The notes beneath the pieces were generated by a model. It searched no databases. It was not told the DNA's origin and saw only the letters and a list, made by a program, of their open reading frames with translations. A program made the position numbers and the translations under genes. Below, piece by piece: positions 1 through 12,585 of a stretch of 64,000 nt of DNA. This stretch comes from Octopus vulgaris (Eukaryota), in NCBI GenBank assembly GCA_951406725.2, contig OX597821.1, positions 39,742,001-39,806,000 of the forward strand. The letters are read 5' to 3'. Within the stretch, counting starts at the first letter, position 1, and every line of letters starts with the position of its first letter.

Positions 1-162
1 CAACTTTACAGCAGTTTGGTTCTCAGTTTGGACCTTAAACAGCTCAACACCTTAAGCAAGTATTTAACCATGAGTTCATTGAAATTTTGGGATTAGAATT
101 TGGTAGACAGTGTGGGGGCTTATCAGACATATATAAGTGCGTGTCTTCACTATGAAGACACA

Positions 163-430
163 GAGCTTAGTAGGTAGAGGTATTTGGCTCACAATTGTAA
201 GATTGTGAGTTCAATTCCTGGCAGTGTCCTTGGGCAAGATACTTTACTTTATGTTGCTCCAGTCCATTCAGTTGGCAAAATTGAGTTGTACCTGTAATTC
301 AAAAGGGTCCAGCCTTGTCACATCCTGTGTCATGCTGAATCTTCTTGAGAACTATGTTGACGGTCTGTGGGGCACTCAGTCACATGCATGTTAATTTCAT
401 GATCAGGCTGTTCTGTTGATTAGAATACTC
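163..430 (+). mobile_element. tRNA-derived SINE (same family as 43170-43410)
   Basis: A/B-box-like head (gagttcaattcc) followed by gtgtccttgggcaagatact core; clear homology to 43170-43410. Confidence 0.7.
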
Positions 431-839
431 ATTGCCATAACTGATGGAGTGTCAGTTTATCCTGTTGCTCACCTTTTGTGCTGAACCAGTTATTTACAAG
501 GATGCAAACAAACCTACACTGGTTATGAAGCAGTTGCGGTGGTGGTGGTGGTGGTGGGGCAAGAATCACATCCACATACATACAATGAGCCTCCACACAG
601 CAAAATCTGTGCCTATCTTTCATCTCTGACTTGTTTCAATTGATCTCCTTTGCACCAAACCACATAGTTATGCAATCCCAAACACACCAAGACTAGTTAT
701 CAAGCAGTGGAGGACACACACACACACATATACATATATAATTACATACACACACACACATATATATACTGGTAAAAACGGTAAGATAACAAAAGAAAGA
801 AAGAGACCTCAATATTATGTAAATAGAGGAATTTATCTG

Positions 840-908
840 TAAAAGTAATATGTGACAGTTACTCGGTAGTTTTATCTTGGCTACCGAGTAATTGTCACAT
901 ATCATTTA
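840..908. repeat. Hairpin/inverted repeat in a (TA)n-embedded insert
   Basis: atatgtgacagttactcggtag ... ctaccgagtaattgtcacatat. Confidence 0.85.
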
Positions 909-913
909 TATAT

Positions 914-954
<41 letters not shown>

Positions 955-956
<2 letters not shown>

Positions 957-1176
957 TGTGTGTGTTTGTGTGTCTGTGTTTGTCCCCTAGCATTGCTTGA
1001 TAACCGATGCTGGTGTGTTTATGTTCCTGTTACTTAGCGGTTTGGCAAAAGAGACGGATAGAATAAGTACTGGGCTTACAAAAGAATAAATCCCGGGGTC
1101 AAGTTGCTCGATTAAAGGCGGTGCTCCAGCATGGCCGCAGTCAAATGACTGAAACAAGTAAAAGAGTAAAAAAGAG
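955..1176 (+). mobile_element. SINE family A, 3' half
   Basis: Matches the 3' half of 17988-18395 and ends in aaaagagtaaaa. Confidence 0.85.
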
Positions 1177-1209
<33 letters not shown>

Positions 1210-1439
1210 GTTAGAAGAAATGAGGTGCTCAGAAATCCGGATGGTTTTATATTTACAGATATTTATTAGTATGTTACATGTTTTTATACATCATATATCA
1301 TATATTAGCACTTTCGTCCATTCTAGAGGAGACACACACACACTGAGCCTACAGTAGAAGACACTTGACCAAGGTGCCATGCAGTGGGACTGAACCCAGA
1401 AGCAAATTTCTTACCACACTTGCACCTATGTTTTCTTAT

Positions 1440-2260
1440 AATGTTTAATATTAAAGAAAAAATAAAACCTCAAACATCTGAACTGTATTAGAAGGAATAA
1501 AACTGTAGGTTTTGAATGAAATGAATCTATCTTGAAATTGAAGAGTTAAATCAGGTAATTGAAGCAAAGATGAGAAAATATATATGAGAAACAATAAAAT
1601 TAGTGTTTAAAAATGAAATTAATGCTGCAAAAACTTTTCTGATTTAATTAAATTTTGGGTAATGAGGGCTGTTTGGTGTAGTGCAAAAATTATTAATTGG
1701 ATCAAAATAGAAATAATATATTAGCTTGGCTGGCAAGAAAAATGACAACAAAATATGTGTGTGTTTATCTGAGAAATAAGTGCCGTAGTTTCTTATGGCA
1801 AAAATTTGATGGAAAAATTATGAAGATTGAGCTGTTGTATGTAGAAAACAAAATGAGAATTTAGTTTTATAAGCTAAAAATAATTGGAGTATTATTTCTG
1901 TGGTTATGAAGAATCAACTGATAGATTCTATAAAAAATAATATTGAAAATATTTGATGCAAACGAAATATGTTGCTTTATGGAAAGATGGAAAGACAAAC
2001 ATGAAAGAGGCTTTCAACGGACAAATCCTGGAATTTGTTAGCTTAAGAAGTCTTGAAAAGAGGAAAATGAGTTTGCTGGAAGCCATCAAGAACCAAGCAA
2101 CAATGCTAACTCTTTCTACAAAGAAAGCCATGTAACTACCCAGAGGGTGAGACTCCCCAAAATAATTGTTAAGTGCACAGTTAAGGATGTCTATTTGTGG
2201 TATAAGTGGCTGTAAGAATACAGAGCTTATTCTTCAAGAAATTGCCATTTTATTTCAAAC
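1440..2260 (+). pseudogene. Decayed Mononegavirales-like L gene fragment (end of RdRp to start of capping domain)
   Basis: Frame with scattered stops: LEIEELNQVIEAKMRKYI*ETIKLVFKNEINAAKTFL ... CKRNMLLYGKMERQT*KRL; resembles the VSV L segments KKCLIESRQTIRNQVIKDA and CSATHADTLRYKSWGR (by eye). Confidence 0.45.
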
Positions 2261-2261
2261 A

Positions 2262-2462
2262 GGCACATGCATGGCTGTGTGGTAAGTTTTCTTCTCAACT
2301 ACATGGTTCTGGCTTCAGTACTACTGTGCGACACCTTGGGCAAGTGTATTCTACTATTGCCCCAGATCAACCAAGGCCTTGTGAGTGGATTTCTTGAATG
2401 GAAACTGAAAGAATCCCTGACAGAGTGAATTTTGTAAATGGAAATTGAAAGAAGCCTGTTAT
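2262..2462 (+). mobile_element. SINE family A, 5' half
   Basis: ggctgtgtggtaag...caccttgggcaagtg...ggaaactgaaag. Confidence 0.8.
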
Positions 2463-2563
2463 ATGTGTATATATATTAAATAAGGGTAGAAATTGATATT
2501 GATCAATTAAAACCAGTGGCCTAGCATATTTGAAAAAAATCCGAAGATTAAAAATTTTTTTAC

Positions 2564-2704
2564 ATACAAAATTTAGAGGACTGACCACTAAAAAATGGAC
2601 AGTCTATATGCTAGATATAGAAGTCAAAATAGCGATTTTGATGTCTATATCTCTAGCATATAGGCTGTCCATATTTTTAGTGGTCAGTCCTCTAAATTTT
2701 GTAT
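2564..2704. repeat. ~140-bp palindrome abutting (TA)n
   Basis: tacaaaatttagaggactgaccactaaaaaatggacag ... ctgtccatatttttagtggtcagtcctctaaattttgta. Confidence 0.9.
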
Positions 2705-2774
2705 ATATATATATATATATACACACAAACACACATATATATATACACATATATCATCATGATCATTTAATTAC

Positions 2775-3130
2775 TGTTTTCCATGCTGGCATACATTGTG
2801 TGCGTGTGCTGGGGCACTGCCTTGAAGAATTTTAGTTGAATGAATTGAATCCCAGGACATTTTACTTATAAAGCCTGGTACTTATTCTGTCAGCCTCTGT
2901 TGTTGAACCACTAAATTACGGGGATGTAAATGCACTAACACCAGTTGCCAAATGGCAGTGGTGGTGGAGGAAACACAAAAACACACACACACACACACGA
3001 TAAGCTTCTACCAAATCCATTGACAAGGTTTTGGTTGGCCCGGGGTTATAGTAGAAGACACTTGCCCAAGGTGCTACACAGTGGGGAACTGAACCCAGAG
3101 CCACATGGCTGGGAAGCAAAATTCTCACCA
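2775..3130 (-). mobile_element. SINE family A
   Basis: Reverse-complement homology to 17988-18395. Confidence 0.8.
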
Positions 3131-4131
3131 AGCATAAAATATCAACTCGTTTCAGATTCTTCAGAAATGAATGTTTAGTTGCTTATTGACGTATAGCTGA
3201 CCTATCTTCTTATTAATGACAAGGAGGATGCAGCGATGGCTGTTACATTCATGCCTTTCTCCAAGCTCTGATTAATGTTGTATAAGCGACAATACTGTAT
3301 AAGGACTCATTAATGCTAGATAAATGACAAAAGCTAGACGTCTACCTTTTTATTCTTTTAACCATTCTCTGATGAACACATTTCTAGAAATCAAAACAAC
3401 AAAAAGGTTCAGTATAAAAAGAACAATGACAACATCATCATCATCATCATCGTCATCAGCAGCAACAACGCATGCATATATGAGTATCTCATTAGCACTC
3501 ACTGTGTGTGTGTGTGTGTATGTGTGTATTTCTGCAAGTTCAGTTTATTTGCCAAATTATATCAATCAATGTAGAATCATTATTACGACCAATGTATTGT
3601 TATCTTCATTTCTATCATTGACTTCATTATAATAATTATCCTGATCATTAACATCCTAATTCTCCCTCTTCTAATTGTCATTAAACAGCAGAGCATCATC
3701 ACATTCATCATTAAACAATGAGCTGCTGATGCTTCATGTCTTGTAACCGATTTTATGCCGTGTGCACGGCCAATGCAACTCTAAATTACCCTGTTCAGTA
3801 GGTCAAGGTTTGTTAATGTAAGCAACATTAGCATTGCAAAATAGCAGTTTTGTTGGTTTGTAGCAGGCATTATGTCATACTGCTTCTCATAGGAGAGTTA
3901 CTGGCCATAAAATGACTTCTTATCCAGGGAGGAATTGTCTCACATCTATTGGGTCATCCCATAGATAATGCAATTTTTTCAACTGCGTGAATTAAAAATC
4001 AAAGGGGGATGGGATAAACTATCTGCATGAACTGGCTATAAAAGCAGGCAGTAATTTTACCTTGTCCTTATTCTTAGTGCAAGTTTTGAAGAGTGCAATT
4101 CAATATTAACAGTTATTTTTTTCAAAGCTGT

Positions 4132-5002
4132 AATAGAAGTGACAAAGGAGCATATTTGGTATATTTTGCTTTATGAGTTCAATAAAGGCAATAGCACAAC
4201 AAAAAGTGTGAAGAATATTAATGCAGTATATGGGGGGCAGACAATAAGCATAAGCCAATGTCAACAGTCGTTCCAGAAATTCTGAGCCGGAAACTACAAC
4301 CTTATAAATGAGCCTCATCCTGGAAGATCTGTAGAGCCGGCAAGGACATCCTGCAAAACCTGGTGGAACAAAATCCCATCGTAACTGTTGAGGAACTAGC
4401 AGAGAAGCTTGGATTTGGTCATTCAAACATTCACTGACACTTGCATACCATTGGAAAAGTCAGCAAACTGGGTTAATGGATTCCTCACAAACTTTCCATG
4501 TCTAATCGTGCAGTGGGAGGAAGTGACTGTGTACTCTTCTTTGCTGTCACATCTCACATAAGAACCATTTTTAGACCAAATAGTGATGGCTGACGAGAAA
4601 TGGGTCCTCTATAAAAATGTCAAGTGCCAAAGACAGTGAGTAGAGAAAGGAGAAACACCAACACCCCAGGCTAAAGAAGGTCTTCACCCATGTAAGGTGT
4701 TATCTGTTTGATGGGATATGAAAGGTTTAGTCCACTTTGAACTTTTAAACACAAACCAAACAATAACAAAGGAGATCTACTGTGAGCAGCTTGAGTGGCT
4801 TAAGTCAGTGCTAGAAGAAAAACGACCATCTTTGGTTTCAAGACGAAAGGTGTTCTTCCATCAGGATAGTGCTCAGCCGCATCCAGTGAGGATGACATTC
4901 CAAAGGTTGGAGTAGTTTGAATGGGAAAAATGATGCCCCACCCACCATATTTGCCGGACATTGACCCATCTGATTTATCATTTATTCTGCTGTCTTCAAA
5001 AC
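4132..5002 (+). mobile_element. Mariner (Tc1/mariner DD34D) transposase pseudogene
   Basis: Motifs WIPHKL, DEKWV, KGLVHFELL, HQDSAQPH (HDNARPH-like) and HPPYLPDIDPSD (YSPDLAPSD-like), with stops and frameshifts. Confidence 0.92.
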
Positions 5003-5319
5003 CCGTTTACTCCCCTTTCACACTCCAATGAAAACACCCACACACTCTCCCATCCCTTCCCATAAACCACTTTCCATGTCCTCTCTTACGCTCATCTTCT
5101 TGTACTCTGAGGGTTTGCTCTTGCATCCCATCACTACCTTTATTTGATCTCACTTCACCATGTATCTCCTCTATAGACAGACACCTGTACTTGTCTCTCT
5201 ATCAGACTTTTAACACCTGGGATATAAACCAAAGCCACTCACCCCCACCTTCCCCTTCCAAATTCTTCCTCTCTGTTGTGGGAACTTTTTCGTTTTCTTT
5301 TCTGTCTTGCAAATTTCAT

Positions 5320-5542
5320 AGCAACTTCACTTGTGCCAGTGGCACATAAAAAGTATCCAATACACTCTGCAGAGTGGTTGGCATTAAGAAAGGCATCCAG
5401 CTGTAGAAACCATGCCAAAGATGGCATTGGAGCCTGATACAGCTCTGCAGCTTACTGGTTCCCTGTCAAACTGTCCAAACCATGCTAGAACGGAATGTGG
5501 ACATTAAATGATGATGATTATGATAATAATGATGATGATGAT
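5320..5542 (+). mobile_element. RTE LINE 3' UTR fragment with (GAT)n tail
   Basis: aggcatccagctgtagaaacc...ggacattaaatgatgatg; same tail as the RTE at 28810-29950. Confidence 0.75.
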
Positions 5543-7390
5543 AAATACAAATAATATTAATCGTTGACTGGTATTGTTATTTTCCTCATTGTTTATGCAT
5601 ATTTCTAGTTAGCCTTTTAATGTTTCCCATATTAAATCTGTTAAAACTAAATTAACTCCTTATATTTATAGCCAACAGTCTTTCCCTAAAGCCCAGTCCA
5701 ATCACAACAAATATTCAAGCAAAAGTCATTTGTTATAGTATATTTAGAGCTTCAGAATGTATTTTAAGATTGATTATAATAATCTGATCTGGTATAACTC
5801 TCTCACACACACACACACACAAAGAAAAATATTGACATAACAAACTAAATGACAAAATAATTGTGATGATATTGTTGCTGTTGTTGACGATGATGATGAT
5901 GATTATGTGTGGAGGAGAGGAGGAGACATAACAAAACAATACAACAACTCCAACATATTACAAATAACAATAGCTATTCACTGCATTTAGTCCTGAAAGA
6001 ATTGAAAAGAGGAAGACAAAATATTTTGTAGAAAATTCCATGATTTTCAGTTAAGCTGTGTCTCAGTGGGCTCCAACATTCATAATGAAGATATAATGAT
6101 TGGATTTTATGAATAAATGAATATTTCTATAGACTTAAAATGAATACAGTAGGGATATCTGACAACAGCTGAAGAATAAAAGGTGGAGGGAACGAACTGT
6201 AACAATTATTGAAGGAGTTATTGTTATCGGGTTGGTGGTTAGCTCTGATACTTTCAGGAACCAAAGCAAAATAGTGAGAATGGGCATTAAAATTAACAGA
6301 ATTGAGTGATTCTAAGAATTTAGTAATCAATAGCAATGCGACAATCAGTTTGACATGTGATGTCATTGGATGATTTTTAAGAAGGTTATAAGTTTGAAGG
6401 ATAAATTTATATGTTCAAGAATGGTGCTTCCAATTTTCATTTTAAAATTATTTGTAAATATTTGCCACTTACGGAAATTGCAAAATTATTTCAATAATTT
6501 AATTTCCTCTTGTATTTCTATATTTTTCGGATTGTCTTGGCTTTATTTCCTTTTTGTGCCAAATCAAACGACTTGTTTCTCATATACACTTAATAGACTT
6601 TCAAATTGCAGTTAATCATGTTAATGTGCATTAACTAGTTCTCATTCTATGAAGATTGCTCAACTCAGCACACAAAAGCTGTTTATTCTTTGCTGATTGT
6701 TATAAGCAAAAGAAAGCCTCCCATTTAGCAACATGCAACAAAATTCAACATGGAAGCTATGTGGCACAACCATAAGCAACAGCACATTCTAGGATTTGGG
6801 GAGGGATAAACAGACATTAATATAATTGCAATTCAATGTAAAGGCATCAAATCTTCTGTCATCAGTGATATTTTATTGTGAAAACATATCCTGAGCCTGT
6901 TATAGTGGTGCTTAAATGGATCTAAAGTGATTGAAAATAACGCTTGTTCTGAAATCCTTGAGTGAATCACGCAAACTTACAAATGTTTTTCATTTGCCTA
7001 AATATATGGATTTAATTTAATAGTTAAGTTTGTACTAAGTTAGTATATTTAATGTTCTGAGGATTAAAGAAGCTAACCAAAAATAATTATGTAGTGGGAT
7101 AAAATAACTGTATTATCCAATGACTAAGATTATTTCTGATTTCCCCGACAATCATGAGAGATAATTCCAGATATGTGTCAGGATTATTTTGATTTCAATC
7201 AATCAAACCTATCAAATCTCCATAATGTTTCATTCACAGCACTTACCAAAGTAGTGATGAAAGAATCACTAAGTAAAATATACAAGATTATATATTGGTT
7301 GGCAGAGAGAAATGGAATTATTTATAAGAAACAAATGATTCAGACACGTCAGCCATAAGAAAAACAATAGGTAAGTTAGTATTAACATAT

Positions 7391-7606
7391 GTAACCCTTG
7401 TGGCACCAATCTGCCAAAGACCAACTTTGGTGCTATGATACAGACATCCTGTTTTAAAGTAATTTAAATTCAAACTTTCTATCAAAATTTCAGGTTAATT
7501 TATGTTCCAAACAACAAAAATATTTCACTAAATTCTTCATTATTTTCAAAAGTCATTGAAACAAAAGCAGTTTATTTCAGCAGAAATTTGGTAACAAAAT
7601 GGTTAA
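7391..7606. mobile_element. TTAA-type (piggyBac-like) MITE
   Basis: Degenerate TIRs taacccttgtggcacc / ggtaacaaaatggttaa. Confidence 0.55.
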
Positions 7607-8263
7607 TGCAGTGAGCATTTTGGTTTCCATGCACATGGCATTGCTGAATTATTCATTCTCTAAACAATTCTATTTTCCAACACCAACGAATATATATTTA
7701 GGGCTTCTCTCATTACTACTTCAGCAGGTACCATGAAGATGAAGGTTAACGGATAACCAAAACATGACCGGAATTTTCTGATCAAGTCTGAAATTCTTGA
7801 CATCTGAATAGGTTGCTTGATCTTAGTAAACAAAAGGGTCGCATTTGTGTCTGGGCTGTTTGTTGTGCAATAAACCAGGGGACTATTACTTTGCTTGGTC
7901 GCAGATGAGGGTTGGCAACTGGAAGAGTATCCATCTGTAGAAAATCTGCCTCTATAAATTCTGTCAAACAAAAAAATGTCAGCTTTAAGAGGATTCTTCT
8001 TCTTCTTCTTCATTGTCATCGTCATCATTTTTGCCATTGTTATTGCCACCACCAGGAGCAGCAGTAGCTGTGTTGGTGGTAGTAGTAGTAGTGGTGGTGG
8101 TAGAAGAAGAACAACAACAGCAACAACAATTATAAAGTTCTCTAGACAATGTGTTGGTTGCTCGTTTAAAAATAGCTTGTGGAGGTTAGGGCAAAAATAG
8201 GGGATAATAAAAAAGGGATACAGTCATGGACTAGAAAGCCTGGGAAAGAGATCAAGCCTTAGA

Positions 8264-8472
8264 TTAACCCTTTAATATTTACATTATTCTATCAAAAGTA
8301 ATGCTTATTTATTCACAATTTTTAAAATTAATCTTGTAACTTTGAGATTTCAATGATGTGATTTTTTTTTTTTAGAATGACATTGTAGACTAGGTGAGAA
8401 AGGTCACATCTGGCCAATCTGAACATAAAACAGGTAGAATATTATGGTCAGTTTAAATGTAAAAAGGGTTAA
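8264..8472. mobile_element. TTAA-type (piggyBac-like) MITE
   Basis: ttaaccctttaatattta ... taaatgtaaaaagggttaa TIRs bounded by TTAA. Confidence 0.7.
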
Positions 8473-8624
8473 GGTATTGTAACATAGACTTTGAGGTTAA
8501 GGAGATGTGATTACTTCATCGTCTCCCCATAACAGGTAACTAAATGAAATGCTTTTGTTTGCAAATAGGCTGTTATTATTGTGACTAATTGAAGAATTGT
8601 CTCTAGCAGTAACTACCACACTTA

Positions 8625-8783
8625 CAATTTTATATTTAAGAGATGAGGAATTATGTGCATTATTTATATTTGATGGATGTTAACATGTTTCGGCTGATAT
8701 ACCCTCCATCTTTCATTAGGTGTCTTGGGGAAATTTTGAACCTGGGTTCTCATTCCTGAAGTATTTTGCCATGTTGTTGTTGC

Positions 8784-8878
<95 letters not shown>

Positions 8879-8937
8879 TCACTGCTTGGAATTGAATTCG
8901 GAATCTTGGGGTTGGTAGCCTGCGCACTTAACCACTA
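8625..8937 (-). mobile_element. tRNA-headed SINE with internal (AAT)n and hammerhead-like 3' part
   Basis: Reverse complement: agtggttaag...gaattcaattcc head, (AAT)n, then acacCTAATGAaagatggagggtatatcagccGAAACatgt; homologous to 45193-45420. Confidence 0.65.
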
Positions 8938-8939
8938 TG

Positions 8940-9732
8940 ATCAAAATTCCCCAAAACAGAAAAATAGCATTCAGCCAACACATTGACATTTGCACCAATA
9001 ACAAAAGTCCAAGCTTCAGAATTTTTCCACTCTACTAATTCAGGGATGATACAACCTGTAGCCAACAAATTAGTAAAGAGACTCTCTTTATTACAAAATA
9101 CAGGCCCTTTCTTAACGCGTCTATGACAAACGACATATCCACCACGGCCTTAGAATAATACAAACACACATACAAATATTAAAAATGATACACTCAAGAG
9201 ATTCCCAAGAATTCATTAAAAAAAATGTTCCAATCACTGCTATAATCCATAACGTGACACTTTTAGACCACTTGACCATTTAACATCCTACAACTATCAT
9301 ACCACGTACATTCCTCTCTTATACTCCCTTCTCTTTCTCCTTCATCTTCTTCCTCTCTGCCACCTCTTTCCTAACTTTACCACTATTGCAGTTTAGAATA
9401 ACACCAATGCAAATTTTATAAACAATGCATTCAAAAGAGATGTCTCAAGAATTCAATCACTACTACTATCCACAACAAGTCACTTTCATGGCACTTGACC
9501 ATTTACCATCCTACTACTATCATGGCGCTCCCGCATTCTGCTCCACCTCCTTCTTCTTCTTCCCTGCCATGCCCCTTGTATTTGAATACTATACAAATAT
9601 TCTTTTAAAAAACTTTTCTTTTAATTTTTCCAAAATTTAATACTTAGAGTTGAAAAAGTCTCAATGGCTGAAACCGGTACTGAAATGTTTTTTTATAAAA
9701 TTATTTTAGCATTTTCTACCTCGACTTGTTTT

Positions 9733-9737
<5 letters not shown>
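8940..9737 (+). mobile_element. Penelope-like element 3' fragment (GIY-YIG C-terminus and pLTR with degenerate hammerhead)
   Basis: AFSQHIDICTNNKSPSFRIFPLY*...KETLFITKYRPFLN; ttgaaaaagtctcaatggctGAAACcggta near 9650-9680; ends at (TA)n. Confidence 0.7.
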
Positions 9738-9775
<38 letters not shown>

Positions 9776-11963
9776 CATGGTATTTTAACACTGAGAAAAG
9801 AAAATAATTCGGTATGGTTAGTTCAATGTATTGGAAAGGAATCCTTGTTAGAATTATGATTAAGAAGTATTGGACAAAATATTGATTACAAGACTGTTTT
9901 GGAAATTGAATGAAGGTAAAGGGAAGAAAAAATGGATTTTGTTGAATTCATTTAAATGGAATAAACAGAAGCAGTAAGGTGTACAAATTCTTTTCTATTG
10001 TGCATGTTATGGGAGAAATCCTTTATAAACATTCCAGACTTTAAGTTTAAATTTTTAAAACATGTTACCTGTCTTTTTTTCATATTATTCTACCATTCCA
10101 TGGTTCTAGCTAAGAATATCTTGCTTCTTCTATCTACTTATTTCTTAGGAAATAATGGAACAACATCTTTACTCTGATACATTGTGAAATATTTTAGTCA
10201 AGGAAAATATAGTGAAGACACCAAGTTATACTTAATTCTGCTTAATAAACTTTTCTACTCCTGTTAAATAACCTTACTAAATACCTTAGCCTTATGACTT
10301 AATGATAAGAATATATATTGTTGTTACACATTGAGTAATGTTAGCCATTTAACCTCCTAAATAGAATTAATTTGTAAATTTATTCCACTAGCTTTATAAC
10401 TAGCAATGGATAATTCTTATTGATCCAGAACCATGACTGGAACTATATTTTAGATAGTAACAGCTAATATATTTCAGACATATAAGAAACTAGTCTAGAT
10501 ACATTATCAGTTATTTTCGATTTATCAAAATATAGATTTATCATGTTGCAACGATAATATTTCATGTTCTGATGAAGAAATGATTAAAGAAAGGATGGCA
10601 AAGATTTTCCTCAACATTTCTTTAATCAGAGAAAAATGATGCATGGACATCTGTTTCAATATTATATTTCTGATGACACTTGGACAGTTTAGAGGAAACC
10701 TCATCTGAACATATTTCTAAAAGATATCAGATGATTGATCTGATGTTAGAAATGTAATTAAGATTAACTAAATTTACAGGTATTAATAGACAGATAGAGA
10801 CAACTGTCAGTCAGTAATAGAATGTATTTGTAAAGAGATAAGAAGTTTGTGGTACATAAAAGACTTGTTTCTTTATATGATCAAACAAAGATAACGCTCT
10901 TCATTGCTATTCTACAATTCACTGTCACTCCTAATGTTTCTTCTCTATCTCTAGTTGACAATTTATCAATAATCATTCTTATTCTTTTGCCGAATTATTG
11001 ACTCTTTGAGAAGAAAGATTGGTTATTGAAGCTGATAGCTTACAAATTGTGTGTGGGAGGGACCAAATTAAGGAAGGGGTTTATAGATTCTGAAGTAGGT
11101 GGATTAGGGGAAGAGATTAACCGTAGTTTAAGGCATTGTAACACAGGCATTGGAGGTTGAATAAATCTGATTAGCTTGTCTACACCATACTTAAATGACT
11201 AAGTAGAATGTAGAACCACAAGCCACAGAGTTAGCTCTCCATTTCTACAATTATAAGATAGCCAGGCTGTCAGTTTGGGCCCAATATCTTTATACCAGTT
11301 TCCATGTATTCTGGTACTTATTGACCAAATATTTATATCTTGAAACTTGTTATATTCAGAATTTGTTCAAATAGATTTAGTCTTTATGCTGAATCTGTTG
11401 ATGTTTCCTCATTAGATACATTGAAAATGTGAATGCATCTCTTTTGCATATAAAATATTAATTATAACAAGATATAAAATGAAAGTCAATCAACTCAGAA
11501 CTGCAATTCTGTAATTTATTCTCTTTTACAGATTGTACGAAAACAATCATGTTAAAATTGAAATATGAAAACGAGGAATTCTTAATAGAATTAATTAGTT
11601 CTAAAGTTGAACTCGTTGTTATATACAGCTGCTGTCTAAATTCCTTGGTTTTAAGTTTCTTTATCTCTTTTGGCAATGCAGCCACTTCATGGTTTTTGCA
11701 ACATACATTTCTTTCTTCAAATTAAATAATCTTGTAGGATTGGGTTTGTTTGCATCTTGGTTTGTTCTTACCAAAGTTATACATGCTGCCAGGTGTAATA
11801 ATAATGATATATTTATATATATATATATTGATCCCAAGTTCTTGAAAGACATACTTCACATCTATTCATCACAAAAACCTTCACAGATGACTGCAAACAA
11901 TATAAGCTAAATTAACAGTATGGTGGTGGAAGTCTTTGCTATTGCATTTACAAACTAGTCATA

Positions 11964-12585
11964 AGCCAGATATTCAGTTGGGGATTATGAGGGGGCGGCC
12001 ACAGTTTCACTTGATTGATATATAAATTGACCAATGAGCATGAGGCTGTGGCACGATGTGGCTCCTTAGATGATCTGTGGTTTGTTCTCTTTATTACTAA
12101 TAACAACCATTTGGCACCCAGCTCAGCCAGATGGCCTCAGGCATTCACGTAGATTAACTTGGGTACTCACAAGACCAGACTATCATGGACTCTTGGACAG
12201 ACCACTTTGAGCAAGAGGTTACCTCAGACACTCACACTTGAGCACGAGGTTACCTCAGACACTCACACTCGAGCAAGAGGTTACCACAGACGCTCACACT
12301 CGAGCAAGCGGTTACTTCAGACACTCACACTCGATGTACCACAGTTGGCCTCCTACAAGAAACTGCATGGTTGTCTCTTCCCATTTCATAGTTCTATTAT
12401 CAGCATCTTTCTTTTGCAAACAGCTGATGCAGTTAAATCACGTCCTGCAATATACATGTTGAAAGTTCAAAGTTCATGAGGTTGCTTAATTTATTATGCA
12501 CACAGCTGGAACATATGCCAATGGTCAACAACACCATATACATCTGACATCACAACCCTACAACAATGGTGACTAAGCAGTCTTG
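11964..12585 (-). mobile_element. Probable solo LTR inserted in the L EVE; diverged homologue of 19817-20346
   Basis: Reverse-complement homology along its length to 19817-20346; interrupts the capping-domain frame. Confidence 0.6.
12209..12333 (+). repeat. 4 x 30-bp tandem repeat
   Basis: gagcaagaggttacctcagacactcacact(c/t) repeated four times with no spacers. Confidence 0.95.

Larger units (their letters stand above)
5960..8625 (-). pseudogene. Decayed Mononegavirales-like L gene, internally deleted and interrupted (motif C, capping/PRNTase domain, connector)
   Basis: Minus-strand motifs in L order: VW*LLLETILQL and YLLWGDDEVI (~8515-8530; GDNQ motif C); SDLIRKFRSCFGYPLTFIFMVPAE; IRNNLSHWII; N*IHIFRQMKNICKFA (~7000; HR site); IHLSTT; RFDAFTL; HSFHVEFCC. 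Confidence 0.65.

Noticed and set aside
7660-8052. 130-aa ORF as a host exon
   Set aside because: A chimera of microsatellite, repeat fragment and a short L-like segment
12209-12333. CRISPR-like 30-bp repeats
   Set aside because: The units are contiguous with no spacers, there are no cas genes, and the context is a eukaryotic LTR-like element
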